Below are positions 19,738 to 29,868 of a stretch of 64,000 bases of DNA, in pieces. The stretch is from contig OZ245002.1 in the NCBI GenBank assembly GCA_965223415.1, positions 1,184,001-1,248,000 of the forward strand, written 5' to 3'. Under the pieces are notes generated by a model. That model searched no databases. It saw nothing but the letters and a program-made list of their open reading frames with translations, and was not told the origin of the DNA. Both the position numbers and the translations under genes were made by a program. Each line of letters starts with the position of its first letter. The first letter of the stretch is position 1. The DNA is from Myxococcota bacterium (lineage in GTDB: Bacteria > Myxococcota_A > UBA9160 > UBA6930).

Positions 19738-22041
19738 ATGTCGAACCGGACGACGACGAATTGGATCCAGGGACTGGGCCTCGCCCTGCTGGGCGCGGCC
19801 TTCCTGGTCGGGGCGAGCCCGGCCGCCAGCGAGACACTCCAGCAGGTGATGAAGGACCGCGGCCTCACCCAGCAGAATCTGTTGGCGGCAGCCAAGACCT
19901 ACGTTCCCACGGGAAAGCGGGACGAGTTCATCGCCTTCTCGTCCGGCGGCCAGAGCGGCCACGTGATCGTGTACGGGATCCCCTCCATGCGGATCCTCAA
20001 GTACATCGCGGTCTTCACCCCCGAGCCCTGGCAGGGCTACGGCTACGAGGACGAGTCGAAGGAGGTGCTGAATCAGGGCCGCATCAACGGGCGGGACATC
20101 ACGTGGGGAGATACCCACCATCCCGCCCCGTCGGAGACGAACGGGGACTACGACGGTGAGTTCCTGTTCATCAACGACAAGGCCAACCCGCGCATCGCGG
20201 TGATCGACCTCAAGGACTTCGAGACGAAGCAGATCGTCGTGAACCCGGTCTTCCAGAGCGAGCATGGCGGGGCGTTCGTCAGCGAGAACACGGAATGGCT
20301 GCTGGAGCCCGCCCAGTACGCGGCGCCCCTGGGCGGCGAGTACGCGCCCCTCGAGCTCTTCAACGAGAAGTACCGGGGCGGCCTCACCTACTGGAAGTTC
20401 AACCGGGAGAAGGGCCTGATCGAGCCGGAGAATTCCTTCTCGATCGAGCTGCCGCCCTACAGCCAGGACCTCTCGGACTTCGGCAAGGGCGCGAGCTCGG
20501 GCTGGAGCTTCATCAACTCCTTCTGCTCCGAGCGCTACGTCGGCGGGATCGAGCGGGATCGCCCGCCCTTCGAGGCCGGCTGCTCGGCGAAGGACACCGA
20601 CTACCTGCACGTCGTCAACTGGAAGAAGGCGGCGCAGGTGGCGGCGGCGGGCAAGGTGAAGAAGATCAACGGCCACTCGGTGATCACGCTCGAGACCGTC
20701 GTCGCCGAGGGCCTGGTCCACCTGATCCCGGAGCCCAAGAGCCCCCACGGCATCGACGTGAGCCCGGACGGTGAGTACCTGGTGGTGTCGGGCAAGCTCG
20801 ACACGCACACCTCCGTCTTCAAGTGGTCGAAGGTGAAGGCCCTGATCGACGCCAAGGACTACGCGGGAACGGATCCCTACGGCCTGCCGATCCTGGACAT
20901 GAAGAAGAGCCTGCACACCCAGGTGCAGCTGGGCCTCGGGCCGCTCCACACCCAATACGACGCGAAGAAGGGCGTGGCCTACACCTCGCTCTACGTCGAC
21001 TCGATGGTGGCCCGCTGGAACTACATCGAAGGCAAGCTGCTGAGCCGGATCCCGATCCACTACAACATCGGTCACCTGATGACGATGCACGGCGACACCG
21101 TGAACCCGCGCGGGAAGTACCTGGTGTCGTTGAACAAGCTGGCCATCGACCGCTTCAACCCGGTCGGCCCGCTGCATCCGCAGAACCACCAGCTGATCGA
21201 CATCGGCGGCGACGAGATGTCGCTCCTGGCGGACATGCCGCTGCCCCTGGGCGAGCCGCACTACGCGACCGCCATCGACGCGTCGATCCTGAAGCCGAAG
21301 ATCCGCTACAAGAGCGGCACCAACACCCGCACGGGTGAGATCTCGCCGCACAAGACACGGGCCGGCGAGGAGCGCACGGTCAAAACGGGCAACAAGGTCG
21401 AGGTCTGGGGCACGCTCATCCGATCCCACATCACCCCGGAGATCATCGAGGTCGACGAGGGTGACGAGGTGGTCGTCCACCTCACGAACCTGGAGCGGGC
21501 CGAGGACGAGACCCACGGCTTCACCATCGGCAAGTACAACGTGCATGGGTCGTTCGAGCCCGGTGAGACCGCGAGCGTGAGCTTCGTGGCCGACACCCCC
21601 GGCGTGTACCCCTACTACTGCACCGAGTTTTGCTCGGCGCTCCACCTGGAGATGCAGGGGTACCTGCTGGTCAAGCCGAAGGGATACAAGGAGCAGGTCG
21701 GCGAGCTGATGCCGAAGGACGAGTACAGCAAGGCCGACTACGACAAGCAGGTCGCCACGAACGTGGCGACCCAGGCGACCATCGACGAGGTCGTGGGCTT
21801 CATCACCAGCCACAACTACAAGGACTTCCCGGACGTGGTGGCGCTGGTGGAGGACGCGACGGATCAGCTCGGTCGGGCCGGAGAGGCGAAGAAGCGGGCC
21901 GAAGAGGAGGCCGCCAAGGAGGCCTGGAACAGCGCCACGCTCTGGGCGGGTCAGTGGTGGCAGTACCAGGTGAAGGCGGCCGACATCGGGCTTCGCGCCA
22001 AGACCTACCTGGAGCAGCACGGCGCGAAGAAGGTGGAGTAG
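19738..22041 (+). CDS. nosZ: Nitrous-oxide reductase, clade II (Sec-type signal peptide)
   Basis: SSGGQSG; CuZ His motifs DTHH, PHG, GPLHT, NIGHL, EPH; CuA motif CTEFCSALHLEM; no twin-arginine; C-terminal extension without CxxCH. Confidence 0.96.
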   Translation: MSNRTTTNWIQGLGLALLGAAFLVGASPAASETLQQVMKDRGLTQQNLLAAAKTYVPTGKRDEFIAFSSGGQSGHVIVYGIPSMRILKYIAVFTPEPWQGYGYEDESKEVLNQGRINGRDITWGDTHHPAPSETNGDYDGEFLFINDKANPRIAVIDLKDFETKQIVVNPVFQSEHGGAFVSENTEWLLEPAQYAAPLGGEYAPLELFNEKYRGGLTYWKFNREKGLIEPENSFSIELPPYSQDLSDFGKGASSGWSFINSFCSERYVGGIERDRPPFEAGCSAKDTDYLHVVNWKKAAQVAAAGKVKKINGHSVITLETVVAEGLVHLIPEPKSPHGIDVSPDGEYLVVSGKLDTHTSVFKWSKVKALIDAKDYAGTDPYGLPILDMKKSLHTQVQLGLGPLHTQYDAKKGVAYTSLYVDSMVARWNYIEGKLLSRIPIHYNIGHLMTMHGDTVNPRGKYLVSLNKLAIDRFNPVGPLHPQNHQLIDIGGDEMSLLADMPLPLGEPHYATAIDASILKPKIRYKSGTNTRTGEISPHKTRAGEERTVKTGNKVEVWGTLIRSHITPEIIEVDEGDEVVVHLTNLERAEDETHGFTIGKYNVHGSFEPGETASVSFVADTPGVYPYYCTEFCSALHLEMQGYLLVKPKGYKEQVGELMPKDEYSKADYDKQVATNVATQATIDEVVGFITSHNYKDFPDVVALVEDATDQLGRAGEAKKRAEEEAAKEAWNSATLWAGQWWQYQVKAADIGLRAKTYLEQHGAKKVE

Positions 22042-22066
22042 CCCCCCGCGCGCCTCGGCCCGATCC

Positions 22067-22106
22067 GGGTGAGGGGGAGGGCCAACTCCCCCTCACCCCC
22101 CTTTTT
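22067..22106 (+). terminator. Intrinsic terminator-like hairpin inside nos operon
   Basis: GGGTGAGGGGGAG / CTCCCCCTCACCC 13-bp stem followed by CCCTTTTT. Confidence 0.65.
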
Positions 22107-22132
22107 CACGCCTCGAGACGGAGGAACGGGAG

Positions 22133-22459
22133 ATGACCATCCGAAGCTCGATCCTGGCCCTGGGGGCCCTGGTACTGCTGGTCCCTGCCCTCCCGGCGGC
22201 GGCCGAAGAGCTGGACGGGGCTACACTCTGGGCCCAGCGCACCTGCATCGCCTGTCACGGTGCGGATGCCAAGACCACGATCCTGCCCGATTACCCCAAG
22301 CTCGCGGGCCAGAACGCCGCCTATGCTCTCCAGCAGATGAAGGACATCAAGAGCGGTGCGCGGGCCAACGGACAGACCGCGGCCATGAAGGGCGTCATGC
22401 ATCTCGTCACGGACGAGGAGATGCAGGTGCTCGCCGATTGGCTCTCGACCCTGGAGTAG
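22133..22459 (+). CDS. Monoheme cytochrome c (c553-like)
   Basis: Signal peptide, CIACH, YPKLAGQ, distal Met. Confidence 0.9.
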   Translation: MTIRSSILALGALVLLVPALPAAAEELDGATLWAQRTCIACHGADAKTTILPDYPKLAGQNAAYALQQMKDIKSGARANGQTAAMKGVMHLVTDEEMQVLADWLSTLE

Positions 22460-22470
22460 GAGGAATGCCG

Positions 22471-23169
22471 ATGCGATTCGCGATCATTCTCGCCCTGGCG
22501 GCCCTGTTGCCGGCCGCGGCGTGGACCCAGCCCCAGCCCAAGGAAGAGGGCATCGAGGCCGAGGGATACGTGTGGAACGAGGCCAAGGGCGAGAAGATCG
22601 AAGCCCTGGAGCTCGTCGGGGACCCGGAGAACGGAGAGGAAATCTACGAGATCTGCTCCGCTTGCCACCTGCCCAGCGGAGCCGGGCGTCCGGACGGCAC
22701 CTTTCCCCAGCTCGCCGGACAGCACAGCACGGTGCTGATCAAGCAGATGGCCGACATCCGCCTGGGGCTGCGGGACAACCCGATCATGTATCCCTTCGCG
22801 AAGACCATGACCGACTCCCGAGAGCTAGCGGACGTCTCCGCCTACATCCAGACGCTGCCGATCCCCGGTGACAACGGTCGCGGCCCTGGGACGAACCTGG
22901 AGCGCGGCAAGGAGCTCTACGACGCGAATTGCGTCTCCTGCCATGGCGACTACGGTGAGGGCGCCGAGAAGGAGTTCTACCCGGTCCTCGCCGGCCAGCA
23001 CTACAAGTACATGCTGCGCCAGATCACGGACATCCGGGACGGCCGCCGGCGCAACGCCAACCCCGACATGGTCGAGGTCGTGAAGAAGTACTCGGACGAG
23101 GATCTGGATGCCGTCGTCGACTACATGTCGCGCCTCGAGTGGCCCGAGCGGCAGGCAAAGAGCGAGTAG
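22471..23169 (+). CDS. Diheme cytochrome c (c4-like)
   Basis: CSACH and CVSCH, two PxLAGQH repeats. Confidence 0.9.
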   Translation: MRFAIILALAALLPAAAWTQPQPKEEGIEAEGYVWNEAKGEKIEALELVGDPENGEEIYEICSACHLPSGAGRPDGTFPQLAGQHSTVLIKQMADIRLGLRDNPIMYPFAKTMTDSRELADVSAYIQTLPIPGDNGRGPGTNLERGKELYDANCVSCHGDYGEGAEKEFYPVLAGQHYKYMLRQITDIRDGRRRNANPDMVEVVKKYSDEDLDAVVDYMSRLEWPERQAKSE

Positions 23170-23172
23170 ACC

Positions 23173-23796
23173 GTGGCATTCCGGGGACTCACGGTTCTGG
23201 GCCTGCTGCTGATGGCGTGGGCGTACTTCGCGCCCATGTGGTGGGTCTCGCTCACGGCGCCGAACTACCCGGAGCACACCTTCCCGGACGGCGTGCGCAT
23301 CCACATGCACTGGGACTCCGTCAAGAACGGCTGCAAGCTGGTCGTTCGCGAGGAGGTCGAGGAGGACGAACCCCTCGACTGCGTCCACGAGATGAACACG
23401 ATCAACCACTACATCGGGATGCATCCGATCGAGAAGGGGGCCCAGCTGGAGTTCGCTGCGGCCCCTTACCTGTTCCTGGCTTTCGGCGTGGCCCTGATCG
23501 TGATGCTCTTCTATCGCGGGCCGTTCTGGTGGTTGTTGGCCCTGCCGGCCATCCTGGCGCCCGTCGCGTTCCTGGTCGACTTCACCGCCTGGCTCTGGTG
23601 GTTCGGCCACAACCTGCACGACTGGGCGGCGTTCACCGTGAAGCCCTTCATGCCGACGGTGCTCGGGGAGGGCAAGGTCGCCCAGTTCAGCACCTACGCC
23701 TATCCCCACTACGGCTTCGCGCTCTCGGTCCTGTCCTCGCTGACGCTGATCGTGGCCGTCCTGCTGCGGCGGAAAGAGCTCCGGGCGGGCTCGTGA
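23173..23796 (+). CDS. nosB: Clade II nos membrane protein NosB
   Basis: PMWWVSLTAPNYP, EMNTINHYIGM, WWFGHNL; four TM helices; lies between nosZ and nosD. Confidence 0.8.
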   Translation: MAFRGLTVLGLLLMAWAYFAPMWWVSLTAPNYPEHTFPDGVRIHMHWDSVKNGCKLVVREEVEEDEPLDCVHEMNTINHYIGMHPIEKGAQLEFAAAPYLFLAFGVALIVMLFYRGPFWWLLALPAILAPVAFLVDFTAWLWWFGHNLHDWAAFTVKPFMPTVLGEGKVAQFSTYAYPHYGFALSVLSSLTLIVAVLLRRKELRAGS

Positions 23797-25022
23797 GGGC
23801 CTGGGGGGCGGCCATCGCCTTCCTACTGGCGGCCCTCGCGGCGGGCGCCGAGACGCCAAGGAGCCTGCAGGCGCGGGTCGACGCCACGCCCGCCGGCGGC
23901 GAGCTCCGCCTCGAGCCGGGTACCTACGCGGGGCCGGTCGTCGTCCGGAGGCCCATCACGATCGACGGCGGTGGCGAAGCCGTGGTCGATGCCGGCGGCA
24001 AGGGCTCCGTCTTCGTGCTCGAGACCGACGGCGCCACCCTGCGCGGCCTTTTGATCCGCGGCTCCGGCGAGAACCACGACGGGCTGGACGCCGGCGTGCA
24101 GGTCCGGGGCGATCGCAATGTCGTCGAGGACAACGTGGTCGAGGACTGCCTGTTCGGCATCGACCTGGCCCAGGCCGATGACAACGTTGTGGGGAACAAC
24201 CACATCCGCTCGAAAGAGCTCGATCTGGGAGTCCGCGGCGATGCGATCCGCCTGTGGTACAGCCAGCGCAACGAGATCGTCGGCAACCGGATCGAGAACG
24301 CCCGCGACACCGTGGTCTGGTACTCCGGAGACAACCGAATCGCTCGCAACCGGGTCCGCGGCAGCCGCTACGCCCTCCATTTCATGTATGCCAAGCGCAA
24401 CGAAGTGGAGGAGAACGACTTCGCCGACAACATGGTCGGCATCTTTCTGATGTACAGCGACGGCGTCCAGATCCGCCGCAACCGGATCGCCGGCGCCCAG
24501 GGCGCTACCGGCATGGGGGTGGGCTTCAAGGAAAGCAGCGGCGTGGTCCTCGAGGACAACGAGATCTTCTACTGCGCGAAGGGGATCTACCTCGACATCT
24601 CGCCCTACGAGACCGATCGGGAGAACCTCTTCCGGCGCAATCTCCTCGCCTACAACGGCGTGGGCGTCCTCTTCCACAGCCAATGGCGGGGCAACGTCTT
24701 CGAGGAGAACGACTTCACCGGCAACTTCACCCAGGTGGCCGTGCGCGGTGGCGGCCACGCGATGGCCCATCGCTGGAAGGGAAACCACTGGGACGACTAC
24801 CAGGGCTTCGATCGCGACGGCGACGGCATCGGCGACCGCCCCCACCAGGCATTCGCCTACGCCGATCGGATGTGGATGCAGACCCCGGAGGCCGCCTTCT
24901 TCCGTGCCTCGCCGGTCTTCGAGACGTTGGACTTCCTGGACCGGCTGGCGCCCTTCACGAACCCGCTGCAGGTGCTCGAGGATCCGTCTCCCCGCTACGA
25001 GCCGTGGAGCCGAAGGCCGTGA
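23793..25022 (+). CDS. nosD: Periplasmic maturation protein NosD
   Basis: Beta-helix repeats; GDAIRLWYS, RYALHFMY, GNHWDDYQGFDRDGDGIGD. Confidence 0.92.
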   Translation: MRAWGAAIAFLLAALAAGAETPRSLQARVDATPAGGELRLEPGTYAGPVVVRRPITIDGGGEAVVDAGGKGSVFVLETDGATLRGLLIRGSGENHDGLDAGVQVRGDRNVVEDNVVEDCLFGIDLAQADDNVVGNNHIRSKELDLGVRGDAIRLWYSQRNEIVGNRIENARDTVVWYSGDNRIARNRVRGSRYALHFMYAKRNEVEENDFADNMVGIFLMYSDGVQIRRNRIAGAQGATGMGVGFKESSGVVLEDNEIFYCAKGIYLDISPYETDRENLFRRNLLAYNGVGVLFHSQWRGNVFEENDFTGNFTQVAVRGGGHAMAHRWKGNHWDDYQGFDRDGDGIGDRPHQAFAYADRMWMQTPEAAFFRASPVFETLDFLDRLAPFTNPLQVLEDPSPRYEPWSRRP

Positions 25023-25777
25023 GCGAGCCGTCCCGGAGGAAGCGGCCGAGGCGCCGCCTCAGTCGCAAGGAGGAGAGCCGCCGGCGCTTCCTGCGGGCCG
25101 GCATCGTGACGGGCGCGGTCCTCGCACTCCAGCCCATCGCGCTGTGGGTGGGCCGCAAGCTCGGCATCGCCCGCATGCGCCCGCCGGGGGCGCTGGAGGA
25201 AGAGACCTTCCTCGGCGCCTGCATCAAGTGCGGCCAGTGCGTGCAGGTGTGCCCGGTCGAGGCCATTCGCCTGGCCGACCTCGACGACGGCTTGGGACAC
25301 GGCGCCCCCTACATCGCGCCTCGGGACCAGGCCTGCGACTTCTCCTGCGACGCCCTGTCCTGCATCCTCGCCTGCCCGACCGGCGCGCTCAGCCACGAGC
25401 TTGGCGCCAAGGAGGAGGTGGCGATCGGCGTCGCGGAGCTGGTGCGCCCGAATGCCTGCTTGGCCCGCCGGGGCGAGGGCTTCCGGGGGCGCTCCCGCGG
25501 CCCGCGCTTCCGCGGACGCCTGCGCTACGAGGAGGTGGACCGCTGGAACCCCCAGCCCGTCCGCGAGCACGAGTACGACGCACCTCTGTGCGACCTGTGC
25601 GTCCGGGAGTGCCCGATCGGAGCGACGGCCCTGAAGCTCGAGCCGCGGGGAAGGGGTCGGGGAAGCACCCCGGTCGTCGGCGAAGCCTGTGTCGGCTGCG
25701 GTGTGTGCGAGATGATCTGCCCCGTCGAGCCGGCCTGCATCGAGATCGTCCCGGCCGTGGAAGGCCGCACGGCATGA
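25019..25777 (+). CDS. nosG: NapG-like 4Fe-4S protein
   Basis: Tat-like SRRRFL, RPPGA, CIKCGQCVQVCP and further ferredoxin Cys motifs. Confidence 0.85.
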   Translation: MSEPSRRKRPRRRLSRKEESRRRFLRAGIVTGAVLALQPIALWVGRKLGIARMRPPGALEEETFLGACIKCGQCVQVCPVEAIRLADLDDGLGHGAPYIAPRDQACDFSCDALSCILACPTGALSHELGAKEEVAIGVAELVRPNACLARRGEGFRGRSRGPRFRGRLRYEEVDRWNPQPVREHEYDAPLCDLCVRECPIGATALKLEPRGRGRGSTPVVGEACVGCGVCEMICPVEPACIEIVPAVEGRTA

Positions 25778-26736
25778 GCTTGCTGGGCGACATGGGCGTG
25801 ATGCTGGGGCACGCTCCCCAGAAGCCGAAGCACAAGACCGACGCCGCGGAGATCCTCCATGCCCGCAAGCGCGGCAAGGGTGGGGTGAACATCGCGCGGC
25901 TGATCGAGGAGATCGCCGGGGCGAAGAGCGTCCACACCTGGCGCAACCGGCGTTGGGCTGTGCTCGTCTCGGTGAACCTACTCTTCACCCTCTCCTTCAT
26001 CCTCGACATCCAGATCCTCGAGGGCTCGCTCACAGCGTCGCGCTTCCTGGGGTTCCACATGGCGGACATCTACTCGTCCATCCTCGTGATGCTGGCCGAG
26101 AAGCACGTCGCCGTGAACCTGGTGATCGGAATGGTCACGGTGCTCCTACTCTGGGCGCTCATCGGCGGCCGCGCCTTCTGCTCCTGGGTGTGCCCCTACC
26201 ACCTGGTCGCCGAGTGGGCCGAGATGCTGCACGTCCGGCTGGCGGAGATGGGGGTCGTGCAGGACCACGCCCTCCACCGCGGCGTGCGTGTGGTCTTCTG
26301 GATCGCCTTCGCGCTGCTGGCCTTCGCCACCGGCCAGGCGCTCTTCCTCACCCTGAACCCGATCGGCGTGCTGAGCCGGGCACTGGTCTACGGACCCAGC
26401 CTGGCCCTGGGCTGGGTCGTGCTCCTGCTGGCCTTCGAGGTCACGTACTCGCGGCGCGCCTGGTGCCGCTACGTCTGTCCGATCGGCCTCACCTACGGCG
26501 TGCTCGGCGCGGCGGCCCCCGTTCGCGTCCGTTATCACCTGGAGGCCTGTGCCCACGAGGGCGAGTGCCGGAAGGTGTGCGAGGTTCCCCACGTGCTCGA
26601 CCTAACGATCAAGGGCCGCGCGGCGAAGCCCCACCTGGACGTGGGGCCGGATTGCACGCGCTGCGGCCTGTGCGTGGACATCTGCCCGACGAGTTCATTG
26701 CGCTTCAACGTGAAGGGATTGGACAGGATCCTGTGA
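25774..26736 (+). CDS. nosH: NapH-like membrane Fe-S quinol dehydrogenase subunit
   Basis: GGRAFCSWVCP, WCRYVCPIG, CTRCGLCVDICP. Confidence 0.88.
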   Translation: MSLLGDMGVMLGHAPQKPKHKTDAAEILHARKRGKGGVNIARLIEEIAGAKSVHTWRNRRWAVLVSVNLLFTLSFILDIQILEGSLTASRFLGFHMADIYSSILVMLAEKHVAVNLVIGMVTVLLLWALIGGRAFCSWVCPYHLVAEWAEMLHVRLAEMGVVQDHALHRGVRVVFWIAFALLAFATGQALFLTLNPIGVLSRALVYGPSLALGWVVLLLAFEVTYSRRAWCRYVCPIGLTYGVLGAAAPVRVRYHLEACAHEGECRKVCEVPHVLDLTIKGRAAKPHLDVGPDCTRCGLCVDICPTSSLRFNVKGLDRIL

Positions 26737-27596
26737 TGATCGAAGCCCGCAACGTGACGAAGCGGTTCGACGGCACACCGGTGCTGGACGACCTCAGCCT
26801 CGATGTCGCCGCAGGCGAGCGGATCGCGCTGGTCGGCGCCAACGGGGCCGGGAAGACGACCCTGGTGCGCTGCCTGCTGGGCGAGTACCGCCACGAGGGC
26901 CGGGTCAGGGTCGACGGCCTCGAGCCGCGGGAGGCGCGGCGCCAGGTGCTGCAGCAGATCGGCTTCGTCCCCCAGCTCCCCCCTCCCCTGCGGATGACGG
27001 CCCGCCACCTGATCGACTTCACCGCGCGGCTCGCGGGCTGCGAGGCCGAGCGCATCGACGAGACCGCGGGCCGGCTGGGCCTCGACGTGGGCAGCCTCTC
27101 CCGGCGGCCCTTCGTGAAGCTCTCCGGGGGCCAGAAACAGAAGCTGCTGATCGCCTGCGCGCTGGGCCGGCCCTGCAGCCTCCTCTTCCTCGACGAGCCG
27201 GCGGCGAATCTCGACCCGGAGGCGCGCGGCGCCTTCTTCGAGCTGCTCGACGAGCGGGTGGGCCGGGCGACGATGCTCCTCTCGAGCCACCGGCTGGACG
27301 AGGTCGCGCCGCTGGTCGGCCGCGTGGTCGAGCTCGATCTCGGCAAGGTCGTCCTCGACGATCGCGTCGCGGACGCTGGCGCCGTGGGCGGCCGCTTCCG
27401 CTGCACCGTCGAGCTGGTCCGCCCGGACGAGGCCTGCCGCGCCGCGCTCCTCGAGTGGCACCTCACCGGCGACGAGAGCGGCCTGCGCTACGAAGGCGAG
27501 ATCGCGTCCCCGGACCGGCTCCGCTTCCTCGGCACGGCGGCCCGCTACTCCGGCGCGATCCGGCGCCTGGAGCTCGACGCGAAGGAGTCCTCGTGA
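26736..27596 (+). CDS. nosF: ABC transporter ATPase
   Basis: GANGAGKTT, LSGGQ, LFLDEP; nos context. Confidence 0.85.
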   Translation: MIEARNVTKRFDGTPVLDDLSLDVAAGERIALVGANGAGKTTLVRCLLGEYRHEGRVRVDGLEPREARRQVLQQIGFVPQLPPPLRMTARHLIDFTARLAGCEAERIDETAGRLGLDVGSLSRRPFVKLSGGQKQKLLIACALGRPCSLLFLDEPAANLDPEARGAFFELLDERVGRATMLLSSHRLDEVAPLVGRVVELDLGKVVLDDRVADAGAVGGRFRCTVELVRPDEACRAALLEWHLTGDESGLRYEGEIASPDRLRFLGTAARYSGAIRRLELDAKESS

Positions 27597-28021
27597 TGCT
27601 GACGCGCGGTGCGCTCCTCGCGCTGCTCGCCCTCCTCCTCATTTCCTGCGGCGGAGTACCGGAGACCGGGCCCGTCGAGCCGGTCTGGGACCGAGACACC
27701 TGCGAGCACTGCCGCATGACGGTGAGCGACCGGCACTTCGCAGCCCAGGTGCGCTCCGCCGCCGACGGCAGGATTCGCCACTTCGACGACGCGGGTTGCG
27801 CCGTCCTCTTCGGCCCCGGAGCGGAGGACGAGATCTGGGTGCGCAGCCGCGACGGCGCGGATTGGCTCGACGCGAGGACCGCGCGCTTCTCCCACGGGCA
27901 CAAGACGCCGATGGGCTACGGCTTCGGGGCGGGGCGGAGCGGCGAGGGTCTCGACTGGGATGCCATGGTTGCACGAATCCACGAGCGGGAAGATGAGCGA
28001 AGAGAGCACACTGGGCACTGA
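27596..28021 (+). CDS. nosL: Copper-chaperone lipoprotein NosL-like
   Basis: Lipobox LISC, CEHCRM, FDDAGC, TPMGYG. Confidence 0.82.
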   Translation: MLTRGALLALLALLLISCGGVPETGPVEPVWDRDTCEHCRMTVSDRHFAAQVRSAADGRIRHFDDAGCAVLFGPGAEDEIWVRSRDGADWLDARTARFSHGHKTPMGYGFGAGRSGEGLDWDAMVARIHEREDERREHTGH

Positions 28022-28895
28022 GGTCGCCGCGCTGGCCGGGGAGAGCGAGCCGGTGCCGCCGGCTCCGAACGGCCAGCTGCGCCACGTGATCGGCCTCGAG
28101 CTGGCCGAGAGCCTGCGCGCACGCTGGTTCTGGATCTACGCCCTGCTCTTCCCGGGCCTCGTCGCCCTGCTCTTCGGCTTCGCCCTCACGGAATCGCGGA
28201 TCCTCGGCTTCATGGGCCTCTCGCGGCTCCTCGTCACCTACATCCAGGTGTGCATGGCGATCCTGCCGATCTTCGTCCTCGTCACCACCGTGCGCTCCGT
28301 CGCCGGCGATCGGGAGGCGGGCATTTTCGAGTACCTGCTGGCGTTGCCCGTCGGCCTCGGCGCCTGGTACTGGGGGCGCGTGCTGGCGCGCTTCGGCCTG
28401 GTCTTCCTGCCTGTCTTCCTCGCGCTCCTCGGTGCCACGGCCTGGGGCTGGCTCCGGGAGATCCCCTTCGAGGTGTCCACCCTGGCGCTCTACTCGGCGC
28501 TGCTCCTCGCCCTGACCGCCTGCTTCCTCGGCATCGGCATGCTGATCTCCGTCCTCGCCCGCTCCGTCGACGCGGCCCAAGGCGCCGCCTTCGCCCTGTG
28601 GCTCGCGCTCGTGCTGTTCCTCGACCTGATCCTGCTCGGCACCCTGATCGAGGAGCGCGTCGCCGCGGAGACCGCCGTCACGATCGCCCTGGCCAACCCG
28701 CTCCAGGTGTTCCGCACGGCCGCCATGGCGCTCTTCGACCCGGACCTCGTGCTCCTCGGCCCCGCCGCCTTCGTGATCCTCGACCTCTTCGGCGCAAAGG
28801 GCTTCCTCGCCTGGGCGGTGGGCTACCCGACCGCCCTCGGCGCAGTATGCGCCTGGATCGGCTACTGGCGCTTCGCCCGCTCGGATCTTCCCTAG
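27993..28895 (+). CDS. nosY: ABC transporter permease
   Basis: DREAGIFEYLLALP, LANPLQVFR, multiple TM helices; nos context. Confidence 0.85.
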   Translation: MSEESTLGTEVAALAGESEPVPPAPNGQLRHVIGLELAESLRARWFWIYALLFPGLVALLFGFALTESRILGFMGLSRLLVTYIQVCMAILPIFVLVTTVRSVAGDREAGIFEYLLALPVGLGAWYWGRVLARFGLVFLPVFLALLGATAWGWLREIPFEVSTLALYSALLLALTACFLGIGMLISVLARSVDAAQGAAFALWLALVLFLDLILLGTLIEERVAAETAVTIALANPLQVFRTAAMALFDPDLVLLGPAAFVILDLFGAKGFLAWAVGYPTALGAVCAWIGYWRFARSDLP

Positions 28896-29728
28896 ATCAC
28901 GTAGCCGTCACCGGACGCCCGTACCGTCAGATCGCTGATCGAGACGCCCCAGGGCTGGTCGATCGCGAACACGATCTGGTCCGCCAGGATCTCGGGAGCG
29001 AGGCTGAAGTAGCCGATGCGCTCCGGCGAGGTCAGCTCCTCCGGCGGGCTCTCGCCGAGCACGACGCCCATGGTCTGCATGAAGCTCGCCGCGCCCGCGC
29101 CGAGGATGCCGACGATCGCCCCCTGGTTCACGACGCCCTCGCCCAGGGAGGTGCCGGGCACGCCGGTCGGCCGGATCGTGGTCACCTTGATCTTTCCCTG
29201 GGATTCCTGGCGCAGCGCTTCCGAGAGAAAGTTCACCGCGGCCTTCGTCGCTCCGTACACGCCCGCCCCGGCGACCGGCTGGTTGCCGTAGATCGAGGAG
29301 AGGTTGACCACGTGACCACGCCCCTGGCGGATCATCGGGTCGTGCACGGCGGCGATGCCATTCAACACGCCCTTGAAGTTGATGTCGATGCAGCGTTCCC
29401 AGGCGTCCGAGGCCTCGGCATGATCGGCGTAGAAGGCCAGCGGCATCACGCCCGCATTGTTGACCATCACGTCGATGGCGCCGAAGCGCTCCAGGGCGAA
29501 GGCGGCGAGGGCGTGCATCCGGGAGCGGTCCGTGACGTCGGCAATGAAGCCTTCGGCCACGCCGCCGGTCGCCCCGATCGAAGCGACCGTCTCCTCCAGG
29601 CCGGCTTCGTCGACGTCGGATCCGACCACCCGAGCGCCCCGCGCCGCGGTCTTCTGCGCGACCAGCCGGCCGAAGCCCCCGGCCGCACCGGTGATGATGA
29701 TGACTCTTCCGTCGACGTGGCTCGGCAC
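28892..29728 (-). CDS. SDR family oxidoreductase
   Basis: TGAAGGFG, NNAGVMP, YGATK; RBS AGGAGG before GTG 29728. Confidence 0.88.
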   Translation of the reverse strand: MPSHVDGRVIIITGAAGGFGRLVAQKTAARGARVVGSDVDEAGLEETVASIGATGGVAEGFIADVTDRSRMHALAAFALERFGAIDVMVNNAGVMPLAFYADHAEASDAWERCIDINFKGVLNGIAAVHDPMIRQGRGHVVNLSSIYGNQPVAGAGVYGATKAAVNFLSEALRQESQGKIKVTTIRPTGVPGTSLGEGVVNQGAIVGILGAGAASFMQTMGVVLGESPPEELTSPERIGYFSLAPEILADQIVFAIDQPWGVSISDLTVRASGDGYVI

Positions 29729-29868
29729 AGCCCACCTCCTCCCTGGCGTGAGGTGGGGTGGTAGCTCAGATGTCGCAGGACGTGATATTCGAGGGCTAAG
29801 AGGACACGTAGATTTGCGCACCTCCTGTTGAGCCGCTGCGCGGCACGTTCCCCGTGAGGGAGGGGGGC

